A DNA stretch of 64,000 nucleotides from Nemertoderma westbladi (Eukaryota > Animalia > Xenacoelomorpha), in contig JAUCBJ010006646.1 of assembly GCA_032718475.1 (NCBI GenBank), positions 1 to 64,000 of the forward strand, read 5' to 3'. Under the pieces are notes generated by a model that had not been told where the DNA came from, did no database searches, and saw only the letters and a program-made list of their open reading frames with translations. Made by a program: the position numbers and the translations under genes. Shown one piece after another: positions 13,424-26,779 of this stretch. Within the stretch, counting starts at the first letter, position 1. Each line of letters opens with the position of its first letter.

Positions 13424-13789
13424 CTGTGACAACATTATAGTAAAAAATAGTTAGTAAATATTTATAAGATAATGACAGACAACTTTATTCTAATTCTTAT
13501 ATTATATTATTAATTATTTTTTTCAGATATATATAAATATATTAATATAAAGTTAAGCACGCTCTATATCTAAGAAAAATATATACTGTAATAAGGATTA
13601 AAAATAAAACAATATCACTTAATGCAATCGGTATACAATACGTCTCTTATCCCTAAAAATTATTTTAATATTTCAAAATTTATATAAGATTATAGCAAAT
13701 ACTAAGACTAAAGATTTAAAGCGATTCATTAAAACCATAGCATTAAAACCATAGCACCAAAGGGTGCATTTAAATAAAAAAACGATGGT

Positions 13790-14320
13790 GGCGATGGTTC
13801 GACAAACGATGATGGTTCGATAACATTTGTGTCTACTGTTGATGATGACACATAAGCATTTGAAGTATTATGGGGCGTCCTCCAAGGAGACACACTTACG
13901 CCATTCTTGTTCATAATTGTGGTTGACTATGTTCTACGCGTGTCCTTAGATCATCATAATGATGATGGGGTGATGGTAACTCAACCTAGTGGCGCCATAA
14001 GTCGAGGAAATCCTGCCAAGTACCTAACTGATCTAGACTTTGCTGATGACTTAGGAGTACTCTCAGAGTTACCATCACCCCATCATCATTATGATGATCT
14101 AAGGACATGCGTAGAACATTGTCAACCACAATTATTATGAACAAGAATGGTGCAAGTGTGTCTCCTTGGAGGACGCCCCATAACACTTCAAATGGTTCTG
14201 TGTCACCGTCAACAGTAGACACAAATGTTGTCGAACCATCGTATACTGATCTGATTGCTGCAATAATTTCATCAGGAATCCCATATAATGAAAGTATACT
14301 GAACATACTTGAGCGAGAGA
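13790..14320. mobile_element. Fold-back pair of RTE family A RT fragments (plus ~13790-14068, minus 14069-14320)
   Basis: Both pieces match the WGVLQGDTL...DHHNDDGV region of 7417..8610, in opposite orientations. Confidence 0.85.
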
Positions 14321-14329
14321 CGAAGATAG

Positions 14330-15960
14330 TTCACGTCGTGGGATGCGTTGGTTCGTTTCAATACAGATATGGGTATCTCTATATTCAATTAAAACCAAAA
14401 AACCAACATACTTTGCATCACCAGTATCAGGAGCTGTAAAATCGGGATGTTTCAATTGTGGAATATTTGGCCACTTTGCTAGAGCGGTGCAATCGTTGCC
14501 CCAATGACAATCACGTGGCTAAAGACTGCACTGTGATCATTAATGAACAGAAAGCACCATTCATATATACAGAAATCGAGTTGAATGGTGGAAGCCTGAT
14601 GTTAGACACTGGATTTTAACTAAATTTAATGTCAATAAGCATTCTAATTATGCAACATGGTACATATTTTTATACAACATCTGGAGATGTTGTTAAATCG
14701 AGAGGTTTTGTTCAAGTTTGGGTTAAGTGGGGAGATATTAGTCAAACATTCGATTTTCAAGTATTGAAGGATCCACTGTTTGAATTAATACTGGGCATTA
14801 GGGCCATATGTACCTTCCCTTCGATATTACCTTAACAAATTGCAGTGATTGAGTATAACTACATATATATATTATGATACTACGATATATTTAGTCGCTC
14901 AAAATTTCATGTTTGAAGAATGAAATCAATTACCCATCACATATCTGGTCCTGGTCCTGGTCTGGTCCACCAATTTTCAGACGACAGTACAAAAACGCAT
15001 ACATAGATAAAGAAGATGTGCACAAGATAACAGAGATGCATGATAATAATATTATCTCTCCAGCTTCTTCACCATGGAATTCACCATACTTATTGGTAGA
15101 TAAACCTGACCACTCAAAGCGATTTTGTGTCGATTTTAGACCTGATGAACTTTTAGATAGATTTCACGTTAAGAAAATATTTTTGACTTTAGACATGATG
15201 GCTGGTTATTGGCAAGTACCCCTTATCAGAGGAAATCAAAATATATGAATCATAAACATCATATACAGTCTGATATGATCAGTATGATATGCGGATCATT
15301 AACAGTGGCAATTCAATATGTTAGCAATGGGAATGAAAAACGCGGCCCCAGAATTCCAACGAGATATGCAAACTGTATTAAGGGATCTCAACACATTTCC
15401 TTACCAGGACAACATCTTTAATGCAACTGAGACTACTGAAGAAGAACATTTAGAGATTCCATATACAATTTTCGTAAAATTACAAAATGAAGGAATTAAA
15501 TGAAAACCACCGAAATGCGCATTCGGTCTAACAGAGATAATATCGTATTTGGGTTTTATAATTCAAGATGGTCATGTAAAACCCGATCCTGATAAAATAA
15601 GGTGCATACAAGAATTTCCCTCAGCAACCAATGGAAAGGAGTTAGTCATTTCTTGGACTTATTAACTTTTATTCAAGATTCGTCAAGAAATTGGCGACAT
15701 ACACAGCACCTTTATATGAATTAACAACAAAATCAAAAAATAATAATGGTTACCCAAACATTCAGAAGTCTTCGATATATTTAAAACTTAAAATTATCTG
15801 AAGCTGTATCATTGTATATTCCCCCACAAGCATTCATAGTTCGAACCGATGCAAGCGATAGGGCTGTTGGAGCTCTGTTGAGTCTAATAATTAATTCCGA
15901 AGAAGTCCCAGGTGCATTTCGCAAGTCGAACCCTTCGCAGATCAGAACTTAACTGGTCAA
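14330..15960 (+). mobile_element. Degenerate Ty3/Gypsy internal remnant (gag knuckles, protease, RT, RNase H)
   Basis: CFNCGIFGHFAR and CNRC..DNHVAKDC knuckles, LMLDTG, SPWNSPYLLVDK..RFCVDFR, LDMMAGYWQVP, MGMKNAAPEFQR, RTDASDRAVGALL; many stops and frameshifts. Confidence 0.85.
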
Positions 15961-16243
15961 TTAGAATTTTATAGTTTTAACACTAATCAAAAAGAGTTCG
16001 AGCCATGATTTATGGTTACTGGTAGTTAGTGTCTCTGGACACAATCAAAATTAATTTATCCCTATGTGAGAATTGAAGAACAGTTTCCCCCACAATCTCA
16101 GAAATTAACCATAATTTTACATGTAAATGGTGCTCGTCACGTGCCTACCGGCATAGTGCGAAATATTGATAATATGAATTGAATGAATTCAATCTCTTTT
16201 AATAATATATGTAATATTTATTACATAATGCAGTCGCAGGCAG

Positions 16244-16532
16244 TTCGAGCCGCAGCTCGAGCTACTGTGTTCGAGCTGCAGCTCGAGCTACTTCGTTCGA
16301 GCTGCAGCTCGAGCCACTGCGTTCGAGCTGCAGCTCGAGCTACTGCGTTCGAGCTGCAGCTCGAGCTACTGCGTTCGAGCTGCAGCTCGAGCTACTGCGT
16401 TCGAGCTGCAGTTCGAGCTACTGCGTTCGACCTGCAGCTCGAGCTACTGCGTTCGAGCTGCAGCTAGAGCTACTTCGTTCGAGCTGCAGCTCGAGCTACT
16501 GCGTTCGAGCTGCAGCTCAAGCTCCTGCGTTC
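16244..16532. repeat. 26-bp tandem repeat (~11 copies) containing the 16-bp palindrome TCGAGCTGCAGCTCGA
   Basis: Period 26 read directly. Confidence 0.9.
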
Positions 16533-16540
16533 AAACTCAC

Positions 16541-16634
16541 TTTGCCTGCGAGGTGGTATACGACCCTGGAGAAACCTTGGCTTCATTGATGGCTCAGGAC
16601 TTCTTGGTAGAGATTTCTTCAAATCCAAATCGTA
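16541..16634 (-). CDS. Exon 3 of TGF-beta-like gene (prodomain)
   Basis: Acceptor ttcattttAG, donor GTGAGT; 94 nt, phase 0 to phase 1; open frame YDLDLKKSLPRSPEPSMKPRFLQGRIPPRRQ joins exon 4 in frame. Confidence 0.75.
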
Positions 16635-16859
16635 CTAAAATGAATTAAAGTGTTATAAATTATTATAATAATATTAATATAATTTTTGAAGGAAAATATT
16701 GTGAAATAAGAGGTAGGTGCAAGGTTGGGTTCAGACATGACATTAATACTAATTTGTGTTGATATATTAAATTATATTTATTATTGTATGAATTATTTAG
16801 AAATGTACTCACGATTAAATATTAGACATATTATTCTGTACAGATATATACACGTTCGT

Positions 16860-17470
16860 GGGGACTTCGCGCAGCACGTAGTCGGCAAGCCTTGGCATAC
16901 GGTTCATATAGAGCAAATGGGGCATGTCTAGTTTGGACCCCATATCCCATGCTATAAATGTATTCATTCGATATACAATCATATGTTAATCCGCTAGGTG
17001 GTGTCAAATTGTTATTCTGCAATTTCGTACTTACCAGTGCAGCACTGTACAGCAGTACCGTACCGGTAGGCCTATGTCATTACTTCTGAGTCTCTAGCGG
17101 ATCCCCAATTAAATGTCTTAACTTTTCAATTTCGTAAAAGATAGACTTCATGATTCTCTACAGGCCACCAAAATTTCAGCTCAGGAAAATGAGGCCTTCC
17201 CGAGAAATTTAATATTTTCTAAAAACCACATAATCTGTCGTAGCTGACGTCAGACTGCATGATTTTTCACCAAACTTTACAAACTTTCTAAACTTTCTCT
17301 CTACTACTTACCTACTAAGTTTGGTTCAATTCCGAACGAGCGATGCCGAGAAATTCGCGTTCAAACATTTACCAGACAGACGGACAGACAGACAGACGGA
17401 CAGACGGACATGCCCCATTTGCCCTATATGAACCGTATGCAAAGGCTCGCCGACTACGTGTCTCGCCCCA
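16860..17470. mobile_element. Non-autonomous DINE-1/Helentron-like or MITE-like element
   Basis: ~54-bp inverted repeats (16875-16928 vs 17407-17460) and an internal (CAGA/CGGA)n microsatellite ending GACGGACATG, typical of DINE-1/HINE elements. Confidence 0.55.
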
Positions 17471-17508
17471 CATTATGCATTAACTAACCAAATTACTGTA
17501 CCGCATAC

Positions 17509-17578
17509 CTTTCTATTGAATTCAAGTGATTTCATTTCCTTAGTTAGCTCATCATTTCCTGATGTAGATAAGGGCGGC
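17509..17578 (-). CDS. Exon 2 of TGF-beta-like gene (prodomain)
   Basis: Acceptor ttttttatttAG, donor AG/GTATGC; 70 nt, phase 2 to phase 0; open frame PPLSTSGNDELTKEMKSLEFNRK. Confidence 0.75.
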
Positions 17579-20095
17579 CTAAATAAAAAATCATTAATAA
17601 TTATATGTACAGTTACATAAATAAATAACTTAGATTCCTTTTTGTGTATATCCTACTAATATAATAGCTCGAAAGTAGGCCGGCCTACTGTGACGACGAT
17701 GACTACTCCAAGTTGCTAAATTGGCACATTCATAAAAATATTAGCTAAAGACGGGCCTGATTAGGAACTGACCTTTTAGGTACACTCACTAACAGAAAAA
17801 TCATTCAGCTGGCATGCAATTAGCAGTAAACTAACTTTTGTCACCTCACACTGCCATCCGCCTCCCCTTACCGGTACCAGTAGGCCTAGGTATTAAAATG
17901 TTTGACACTATATTACTTTGTATCACCCATAGCAATAGTAATTACTGTAGATCGGTTTGTTTATCATCTGATATAATCTGATAATGCAAAGTCGCCTCTC
18001 CACACTATTAATGTTGATTAACATAATTAAATTTAAATCAGCTAGACCGCCACCTAACAAAGCTGTATGAGTAATCTTCTTTTTAGATCTTCCCATATGA
18101 TTCAATGAGGAGAGCATCAGCTGACAGGATTATACAATATAAACCAACAGTTTATGTTTGATTACTGTCTGGGAGAGAGTAAACCCAGACTTACCAAAAA
18201 CTTATCTGCAGTTTGGACCTATCCATTGAATAGTATTAATGAGGCCCTCACTATACATTTTCATGAGGACAAGCTGGTGTTATTATAATTGCGCCTTTGG
18301 CGTTTTTTTTGTTTATGTCAATTTTTCGAGCCAAGAGGCTATGGTCTGAGAAGGCGACAATGCAAGGGACCTTAGAATCCGGGCAGCCAACGGCTGTGTA
18401 AATTTAATCGCAACTATTAATTAATTAGTCAAGCTGGAAACCCCACTATTATTGCTAATTAAAATTGTTTTTTATGGAATACCCAGTTCTATTTAATTAA
18501 CGCATCACATTGCTATTGAATCAAAGGTTAAGCACATTATTAAATTGAAAACCGATTGCTTATTAGAGTTGTTTTCATCCAACCTCAGTTCCTAATAAAC
18601 GGATTACATTGAATTTATTACAAGTATCAAGCACGCTGTAGGAAAATAAGTTACCTCAAACAAATTTTGTACTTTCTTTCTGTACTTTCTTTTTCTGTTT
18701 CGAATTCAATTTAGGAGAATGAAATAGGTACAACATTCTGTTTGAAATATGTTTGTTTTTGAGAAGTCGTTCTGAAATACAGTTGATCGTTGGATCAACA
18801 AACGAGTGGTGGAATGCCACGCTTTCTAGTTATATATTAACAATTGTTTAGAGTTTGATTGGTCCTCTATTGCAACAGCCCTTTGTGAAATTCAGCTTCA
18901 CACTAGAGCTGAGCAACTGATATGGGGCCCATATATCTGAGGTAGCATATCAATTCGTTAGCTTCACTGCCTTCAAAGAGGCAGTTAAGGCAGCAGCTCC
19001 GTTCCTGAACAGGCAGTACAAGAAGGCAGAACAAGGCTCTACATGAGCTTATAAATCTGATAATCCACAGAAACTTACAATCGTGAGGTTGATACCATCA
19101 TTAAAGCCAATACCAGCAGGCAATCATCTCAAGCATGAAGGCAACAGGCTAGGAGGAAACGGCAACCAACCACCACGGTTAAGGCGGAATCTCCTGAAAT
19201 TGAGATTCAAATTTCACACCTCAATTTTGAAGGCCTACTTGGAAAAATAGGATATTGCCTGGTAACTTTGTGTGTGGACAAAAAGTACCTGATTCCGTGC
19301 TCCCAGATACACCCATTATTGGTGACATCTCCTTTGCCGAAATCATGGATGTTATCGGTCTGTCTGTCAAAAAATAAGGAAGCATATGATACATACAGTC
19401 ACAGTGTGTCCTGAGTCGAGCAGGCGTGAAAACTGACATGATAAATGAAATCAGAAAACCCCCATGGCGAATGTTTTTATTACATAATTGCAATTTTGAA
19501 GATGCATTATTAAGCAAAGATTATTAAGATCAATCATGCCAGTAGACATACACATACATGTGTATGGTCAACCTTCCCGCCTCCCCGATAAGCGCCATCT
19601 CTGTTGAAGCTCATTATTTGCTTCATTAATTTATCGCTGGAAGTTCTGGTTGGTCAGAGCGAAGGCTATCATTATATATAATATTTATTATTAATTTTTC
19701 GGATAGGAGGAATAATAGCTATTTTATATCATACAAATTTACAGTAGAAATTATAGAACGGAGAGACACAGATACTGATACAGGATTTTCGTCGCAATAA
19801 AAATTAATCCCTCTTCAGGGGAAAACCGACTCAAATAACAGCTAAGTATCCCCAAAAATATCTATTGACTGCTTTATTTCCCCTCCCTTCTCTCGTATCG
19901 CTTAGACATGGGAGAAGAATCGTAAGAATCGTCTACCTCTAGAGGAAGACTGTACGATTAAGTTGACACCCAACGAGTGAAAAAAAAATAAGGGAAAAAT
20001 AAGAGAAAAATATAGAGATGAAAATGGAATCTTTATGCGCCCTGATATTGTATAGTATATATCGTGATATTTACACAAATATTATTATAACTCAC

Positions 20096-20274
20096 CCATC
20101 ACGATCATTTGTAATCTGTTCTGTATTCCTCATGGCCAAACTTAGTTGTTCATTGTTGTCAGGAACAGCCCCTGGTGTAGTCTTATATTCATTGGGAGTT
20201 GGTTGTACAGGGATACCAATCACGAATATGCAGTTGCATATCATTAAATAAATCATTGACTTTATATTCCACAT
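20096..20274 (-). CDS. Exon 1 of TGF-beta-like gene (signal peptide)
   Basis: MWNIKSMIYLMICNCIFVIG-IPVQ signal-peptide-like start; donor GG/GTGAGT, phase 2. The four exons sum to 744 nt (247 aa plus stop) with all phases compatible. Confidence 0.75.
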
Positions 20275-20509
20275 ATTGATTAGTTACGTAGTTACTTATA
20301 AATCGATAATTACTCGTTACTGTTACTATAGTTACTGTGTAAAAAAATAGAAGGAATGTGGGTTTATCGGTAAATCTTTGTTATAAATATTTAAGTATTT
20401 ACTATAAATTTATACGTATAAATATATATAATATATATAATACACGTATACATTTTATATGTATATTTACTTTAAGTATGAAATACAATTATTTCCTGCT
20501 TCTTTGAAG

Positions 20510-20815
20510 GTGCTACCGCCACCCCAGGACACCCCAGCACTATCCATCGCATATGAAACCAAGATAGCTGCCCACGCAGAAGAGTGCCGCAACTCTGGAG
20601 TTGGCTTTATCCCCCAGCCAGTGGAAGCCCTCGGTGGTTGGAACCCTCATGCCTCGGCCACTATCCGCGAGGTTGGCTGTCTCCAAGGTCTCAGACGAGG
20701 TTTTCCCTCAAGCGACTTTATCCGCCACATGTTTCAGCGATTATCCATCACGCCGTGGCGGGGAAACGCCACAATGTGGCCACGCCGGAGCGGTTTTCCC
20801 CCCACCAGTCGACTC
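20510..20815 (+). mobile_element. 3' fragment of CRE-like (restriction-like endonuclease) non-LTR retrotransposon
   Basis: K..H.EEC...G..FIP.PVEALGGW....FQRLSI..WRGNA resembles the C-terminus of CRE-clade ORFs. Confidence 0.6.
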
Positions 20816-20898
20816 GCATGCATTCTTAACATTCCTGGGAGACTTTAATGCAAGTCTGCATCAATCACCTACATCGCCCTGGGTCTATAGCAATAGTC

Positions 20899-21989
20899 AG
20901 TCTCCCGCTCACGTATGTTCAGCATACTTACATTATATGGGATTCCTGATGAAATTATTGCAGCAATCAGATCAGTATACGATGGTTCGACAACATTTGT
21001 GTCTACTGTTGATGGTGACAGAACCATTTTAATTGTTATGGGGCGTCCTCCAGGGAGACACACTTGCACCATTCTTGTTCATAATTGTGGTTGACTATGT
21101 TCTACGCATGTCCTTAGATCATCATAATGATGATGGAGTGATGATAACTCCACCTACTGGCTCCAGAAGTCGAGGAAATCCTGCCAAGTACCTAACTGAT
21201 CTAGACTTTGCTGATGACTTAGGAGTACTCTCAGAATCACTAGAGGTAGCCCAACGGCTCCTCAGCTCATTAGAACATGCTGCTTCTAGTGTTGGTCTTT
21301 TTATTAACTCCAGAAAGACCAAAATTTTGACAGTTAACTTTGAAAGTTCTCAGCAAGTCTCTGATCGGATGAGCATAAGCTCAAAGGATGGTATGCTTGA
21401 GCATGTGGACAACTTTTGTTACCTGGGATCATGGATCCGGAAGTCAGGGGAGGACCTTCGAATACGTAAGGGAAAGGCATGGGCAGCCTTGAATAGGCTT
21501 TCCAGGATTTTGAAGTCACCGAGAATTAATCGGAAACTTAAGGTCCGATTATTTAGAGCAGCAGTAGTTCCAGTACTCCTCTATGGGAGTCCATGCTTGG
21601 CTCTAACTGCTGAGGACACCAAATCTCTGGATGGCACATTCACAAGAATGCTACGCCGGGTTCATTGTGTCAAGTACAATGCACACATCTCCCAAGCATG
21701 ACATCAGAACAAAATCGCCTCCGCTTTGCAGGACTTTGCTTTCGCCTTGAGGACCAGCCAGTGCATAATCTTGTACTTTGGCAGCCTCATGGAGTAAATA
21801 AGCATGGTGGACAGCCCATGACTTTCTTGAGACGCATCTTAAAGGACACTGGCCTTGAAGATGCGGATGATCTAGCAAATGTCATGGGTGATAGGGAGTT
21901 GTGACGGCGCAATTTTGTCGATAAGCCGTCACAGCATTCTTAAAAATGCAGCTTCAATGCAGCATGCCGATCCTAGTAGTAGTAGTAGT
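20899..21989 (+). mobile_element. 5'-truncated, frameshifted RTE family A copy
   Basis: Highly similar to the reverse complement of 7376-8505; ends with (TAG)n tail. Confidence 0.9.
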
Positions 21990-23813
21990 CGACGGGCACA
22001 ATAAATTGTCTTCCATGACTCCCCCAACCCCCCCCCCCCCCCCCCCCCCGCGCTATGTATCTTTGTACTGTTAAATTTTGACGTGTTTATTCTTTTTATA
22101 ACATAATATTGGCAAATCGTATAATAGTTATTTGTGAATGATCAATAGTTTGATATATGAATTGTTAGTTAGTAGGACATTTTTCTTCTTATATTGTTAG
22201 AGAGGGGTGGTATCATAATAGGCCATACATTTTTGAAGAGAGAAGTAGAATTTTGTTTCAAAATTATGTCAATACCAATTGTTAAGTACATGTTATGGAT
22301 TGATTGTGCAAAATTCAAAACAATGAAATCATTTTTTTTTTATATAATTATAACGTGGTTTGTTTGAAAATTAAAGAATTGAGAATAATCAGCAAGTTTT
22401 TGAACATAAAAAAAGACTAAAACTCTCGCTATTACTTTAATTGCGAAGTTACTTCCTATATAAGGAGTCTAGTCAGTCTGTTTGTCGGGCTGGCTAACTG
22501 TCTGTCAGGCAGGCTGTCTGTCCGACGGTCTGCCTTTCAAATTAAAATGAAAGCAAACCACCTAGCTAAAAGTTAAGCTATGGCGGTGTTTCTGGTTCTG
22601 ATTAATTTCCGATCTCAGTATTATTCACATTTAATTTTTTTAGCCTGTCTGTACGACTATCCGATGGTCTGTCTCTCCGTTCAACGGTCTGTCTATCAAA
22701 ATAAAAGAAAAGCACATTAACTAGCTAATAATTTTGCTATGGGGGTTTTTCCCAGTTTGTGATTACAGTTCCGATATCAAATTTCCCTTCCGATAGCATA
22801 CTAAATGTCTGTCAGTCTGTCGAGCTGTCGGTTATTTACTTACAGACAGACTAACAGCCATAGAGACAGACGAAGCCTACAAATGTGAAACTGATAGGAC
22901 GAAAATCACCCAGCATTAAAACACTTCGATAAAATCCAACGATAAATTTAACTAGATGTGTCCTTTTTTACATTTCGACAGACCAACAGAAAGTAAATTA
23001 ACAAACAGACCGATAGACAGAAATAAATTCTGCCAAATACTAAACTGCCTGTGGAAATGAATTCGCCGCCCTGGAAACTCACTATATTATAATGAAACGA
23101 AACCTTATAAATAAAACCTAAACCTTATAAAAAAAAAACCTAAAACCTTGTAAATAAATTACAACCTTTATCAATAAAACTATAAAAAGTTCAAGAAAGA
23201 AGTAACATACATTGCATGATAATCATTTTTATACAAAACAGGGTAACAAAGTACAAATGCCCTTGGTTGTCTATCATTGTCTATCCATCATCTATTTGGA
23301 GTATAAGGCTTATCTCTTTATCTCTTTAGAAATCTGCAAATGAAATGTGTTTATAAAGCAATCAGACATTATGTATCAACTAATATAAATTGTAACGATT
23401 TACAATCGCAAGCTATGTAGCATTATTTGGTGACATTGGCAGTTTTACGCTATCGATTAATTCAACGGCAATTAATTTTCATTATAATTATCAAAACTTC
23501 CTTTCAGTAGTGTTGTCGGAGACAAAACATATTGTAAAGATGATTGTTTGTTTAGGTCACATGTGAAGTACTATGGTGGTGTGTACTGTATGAATTAATT
23601 GAGATAACATTGTGGTAGATATACTAAGGTGAACTATTATGTAACCTTTCATACAAGACATTACCCCCGCTTTCGGATATACAATTTGCTTTAAAACAAA
23701 GCACTTAGTTCTTTATTAGTCACGCATAAATTATTGGATTTAATAATAATTAAATTTTCTTCAATAAATTCGATTTCGATCTCATAATACTATCACGGCG
23801 CATTATGTGGGAT

Positions 23814-25081
23814 CCACGAAGCTAAGGAAAATCAACTACTTTCGCTAAGAAAGATTTTCCTTAGCTGAGATGGTCTATTCATAGTGGGCTATTTTACTTG
23901 TGTGAGGCAGATTTGGTTTTTTTTGGTCGGGGAAAAAACTAGCCTTTAAAAGTACCCTGAAAATTTGCATGTATATACAACTCATCAAGGCGCGTCGTGT
24001 GGGATGGGTCTCATATCCAGGAAAAATCTGGTTTCCATGGCAACGGACTTAGAAAAAAGTCTATGTATTTCAAGTCAATATTTGTAACTCTATTTGTAGG
24101 AAAACTATAATACATATAAACTTGGGGTTTCTCAACTCAACTATAAGGTCCATAGCAGAGCCGACTGAGGTTCAATAGAAAATCCAGTTACCTTGGCAAC
24201 CGGGCTAAACAGATGTTAAAATTTTTAAAATGTTAATTTGAAGCCTAAGGTTAAGGTGTGATGACTTGGGACCAATCCCTACCCCCACTATATAACTTAT
24301 TCTGCGTCCGAATTTGATTGTTCTATTTTGCAGTTACCTTGACAACCGCTGAAAACAGATGTTTTTATACGAAAATTATTCATTTGTACATAGACTTCAC
24401 GATAAAATTTTACGAAACTAGGTATGTGTTATCTGGACCACTAGTTGGAACTTTTAGTGAAACTCAAAACATTCCAGAAATATCTAGTTACCATGGTAAC
24501 TGTAGTTTTTTTAAAGTTATATATCATTCAAGTCTATAATCATAACTCTATTTGGAGAAAAACTGTAATATATATAAACTTGGGGTTTTGCAACTCATCT
24601 ATAAGGTCCATATACAAGCCGTTCGAAGTTAATTAGAAAATCCATTTACCATAGCAACAAGAGTAAACAGATGTTAAAATTAATAAAATGATAATTTGAA
24701 GCACAATTTAATAGTATTATGACTTGGGACCAACACCTACCCCCACTATATGACTTATTCTGCATCCGAATTACATTGTTCTATTTTTCAGTTTCCATGA
24801 CAACCACTGCAAACAGATGCATTTTGATAGAAAATCTGTAATTTGGACATAAACTACAATATTTTCTGAAACTCGATATGTGTTATCTGAAAAACAATCT
24901 GGACTGAATCTTTTTTCAAAGGTAAAACCAACAGTTCCAGAGAACTCTAGTTTCCATGGGAATAGAAGTTATTTATTGGCAAATGCTACTAAACTAGGCT
25001 AAGCAACGAACCAAATTGTGGCCGTTTGTTTAATTTTCCTTAGCTTCGTGGTTGCATTTCCTTTAGGAAATGCCTTTCTAG
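23814..25081 (+). mobile_element. Non-autonomous Helitron/Helentron-like element
   Basis: 19-bp perfect inverted repeats (23814-23832, 25033-25051), then hairpin GCATTTCC-TTTA-GGAAATGC and terminal CTAG; internal ~460-bp direct duplication. Confidence 0.55.
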
Positions 25082-25373
25082 TAATTATTGAGAAAAAGAA
25101 AATAATAATAACTATTTACATAATTGTGTCAAAGTAAGTACTGTTTAGGGTTATTGTTACATTATATCGGCATTCTCAACGCTTTATAATACGTTCGATT
25201 AATTGTCATTCAAATCAATGAAATTGTCACCAGTTATTTGTAAGGGTTACCTACCCAGTAACACATAATTATTTTAGATTCAATAATCAGATTCGCGTAT
25301 GTATAATATCTGAAAATACAACGAAACAACGGGTTATCTAAAGAAATTAAACATTCATTATGAAAATGAATAA

Positions 25374-25669
25374 AGGACAATGAATAGAGGACAATGAATA
25401 GAGGACAATGAATAGAGGACAATGAATAGAGGACAATGAATAGAGGACAATGAATAGAGGACAATGAATAGAGGACAATGAATAGAGGACAATGAATAGA
25501 GGACAATGAATAGAGGATAATGAATAGAGGACAATGAATATAGGACAATGAATAGAGGACAATTAAGAGAGGACAATAAATAGAGGACAATGAATAGAGG
25601 ACAATGAATAGAGGACAATGAATAGAGGACAATGAATAGAGGACAATGAATAGAGGACAATTATAGGAC
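25374..25669. repeat. 14-bp tandem repeat (GAATAGAGGACAAT), ~21 copies
   Basis: Read directly. Confidence 0.93.
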
Positions 25670-26779
25670 ACATATTTTGTTATTAAATAGAATAAATGGC
25701 CTGCAGCGAACGAATTCTTGCAATCTTTCAACGCCCATATCTTAGCTGTTTCTCAACGAAATTCAAATATTGTTTCATATTTTGAATCCTTGCAACGCAA
25801 GCTTTTTAATGATATGAAAAAAATTACGACTAATGTGAAGAATGGCTACGATACAGGGGGTGCGATTTCGCAAAAGACACTTTTTTAAAACGCTTATAAA
25901 AAAAATTTAAAGGCAAAATCGAAAATTCCGGCTTCATGGGGTCATCGACGGTGAGTGGAACTAGTTGTGTTTCAAATTTCAAACAATATGATAAAGATTT
26001 GTAGAAAAATCTGGGGGGGGGGGGTCCGTGTCATCTGAAAATGACACTATATTACGGTAATTATTAAAACGACAAAGAGTTTCATCGCCCAATGAACACT
26101 TCAATATAATCTAGAACAGTGGATTAATTTAATATAATCTAGAACAGTTAATTAATTTCTCCCCTTTGGGGCATCATCAGCACAAAAACACACTTCTGCA
26201 CTACAGGTAGGCCTACCAAACAAAAAACAATAACAAATCTGAAATAGACTGCCGATCACTCACAAACAAACGATGTATATCTACGGTACAAATAACATTC
26301 ACCCTACGGTTGTTATGTGGTTAGAAAAGCTGTGCAGCCATGGTCCGCAGAGCTGAGGTTGTTACGTGGTTAGAAAAGCCGTGCAGCCACGGTCCGCAGA
26401 GCTGACAAAATAGACAACTGAACTCTTAATTATAGAAACAAATACAAAACTAATCAATCAATACAGCACCGAGACGTGATTAGACAGGGCCGAGGCGTGA
26501 AATCTACAGTGCAAATGGCACAGAGAAGTATCAGTAGCAGAGAGCCTGGCGTACTCGAGCTCACAACTACAGTACGAAATTCCTACGTATGTGAAATATC
26601 CGTACAAAAACATAATATCATAAAAATCAATACGAGACTTGATTAGGCAGGGCCATGCGCTACTATTTACAGTACAAATGGCACAGAGCAGTATTAATGG
26701 CAGAAAACATGCCCAAACACAAAACTACATTAAAAAATATACCACGGTCAAACTGAAAGTAAACCAGAGGGCAATTGCA

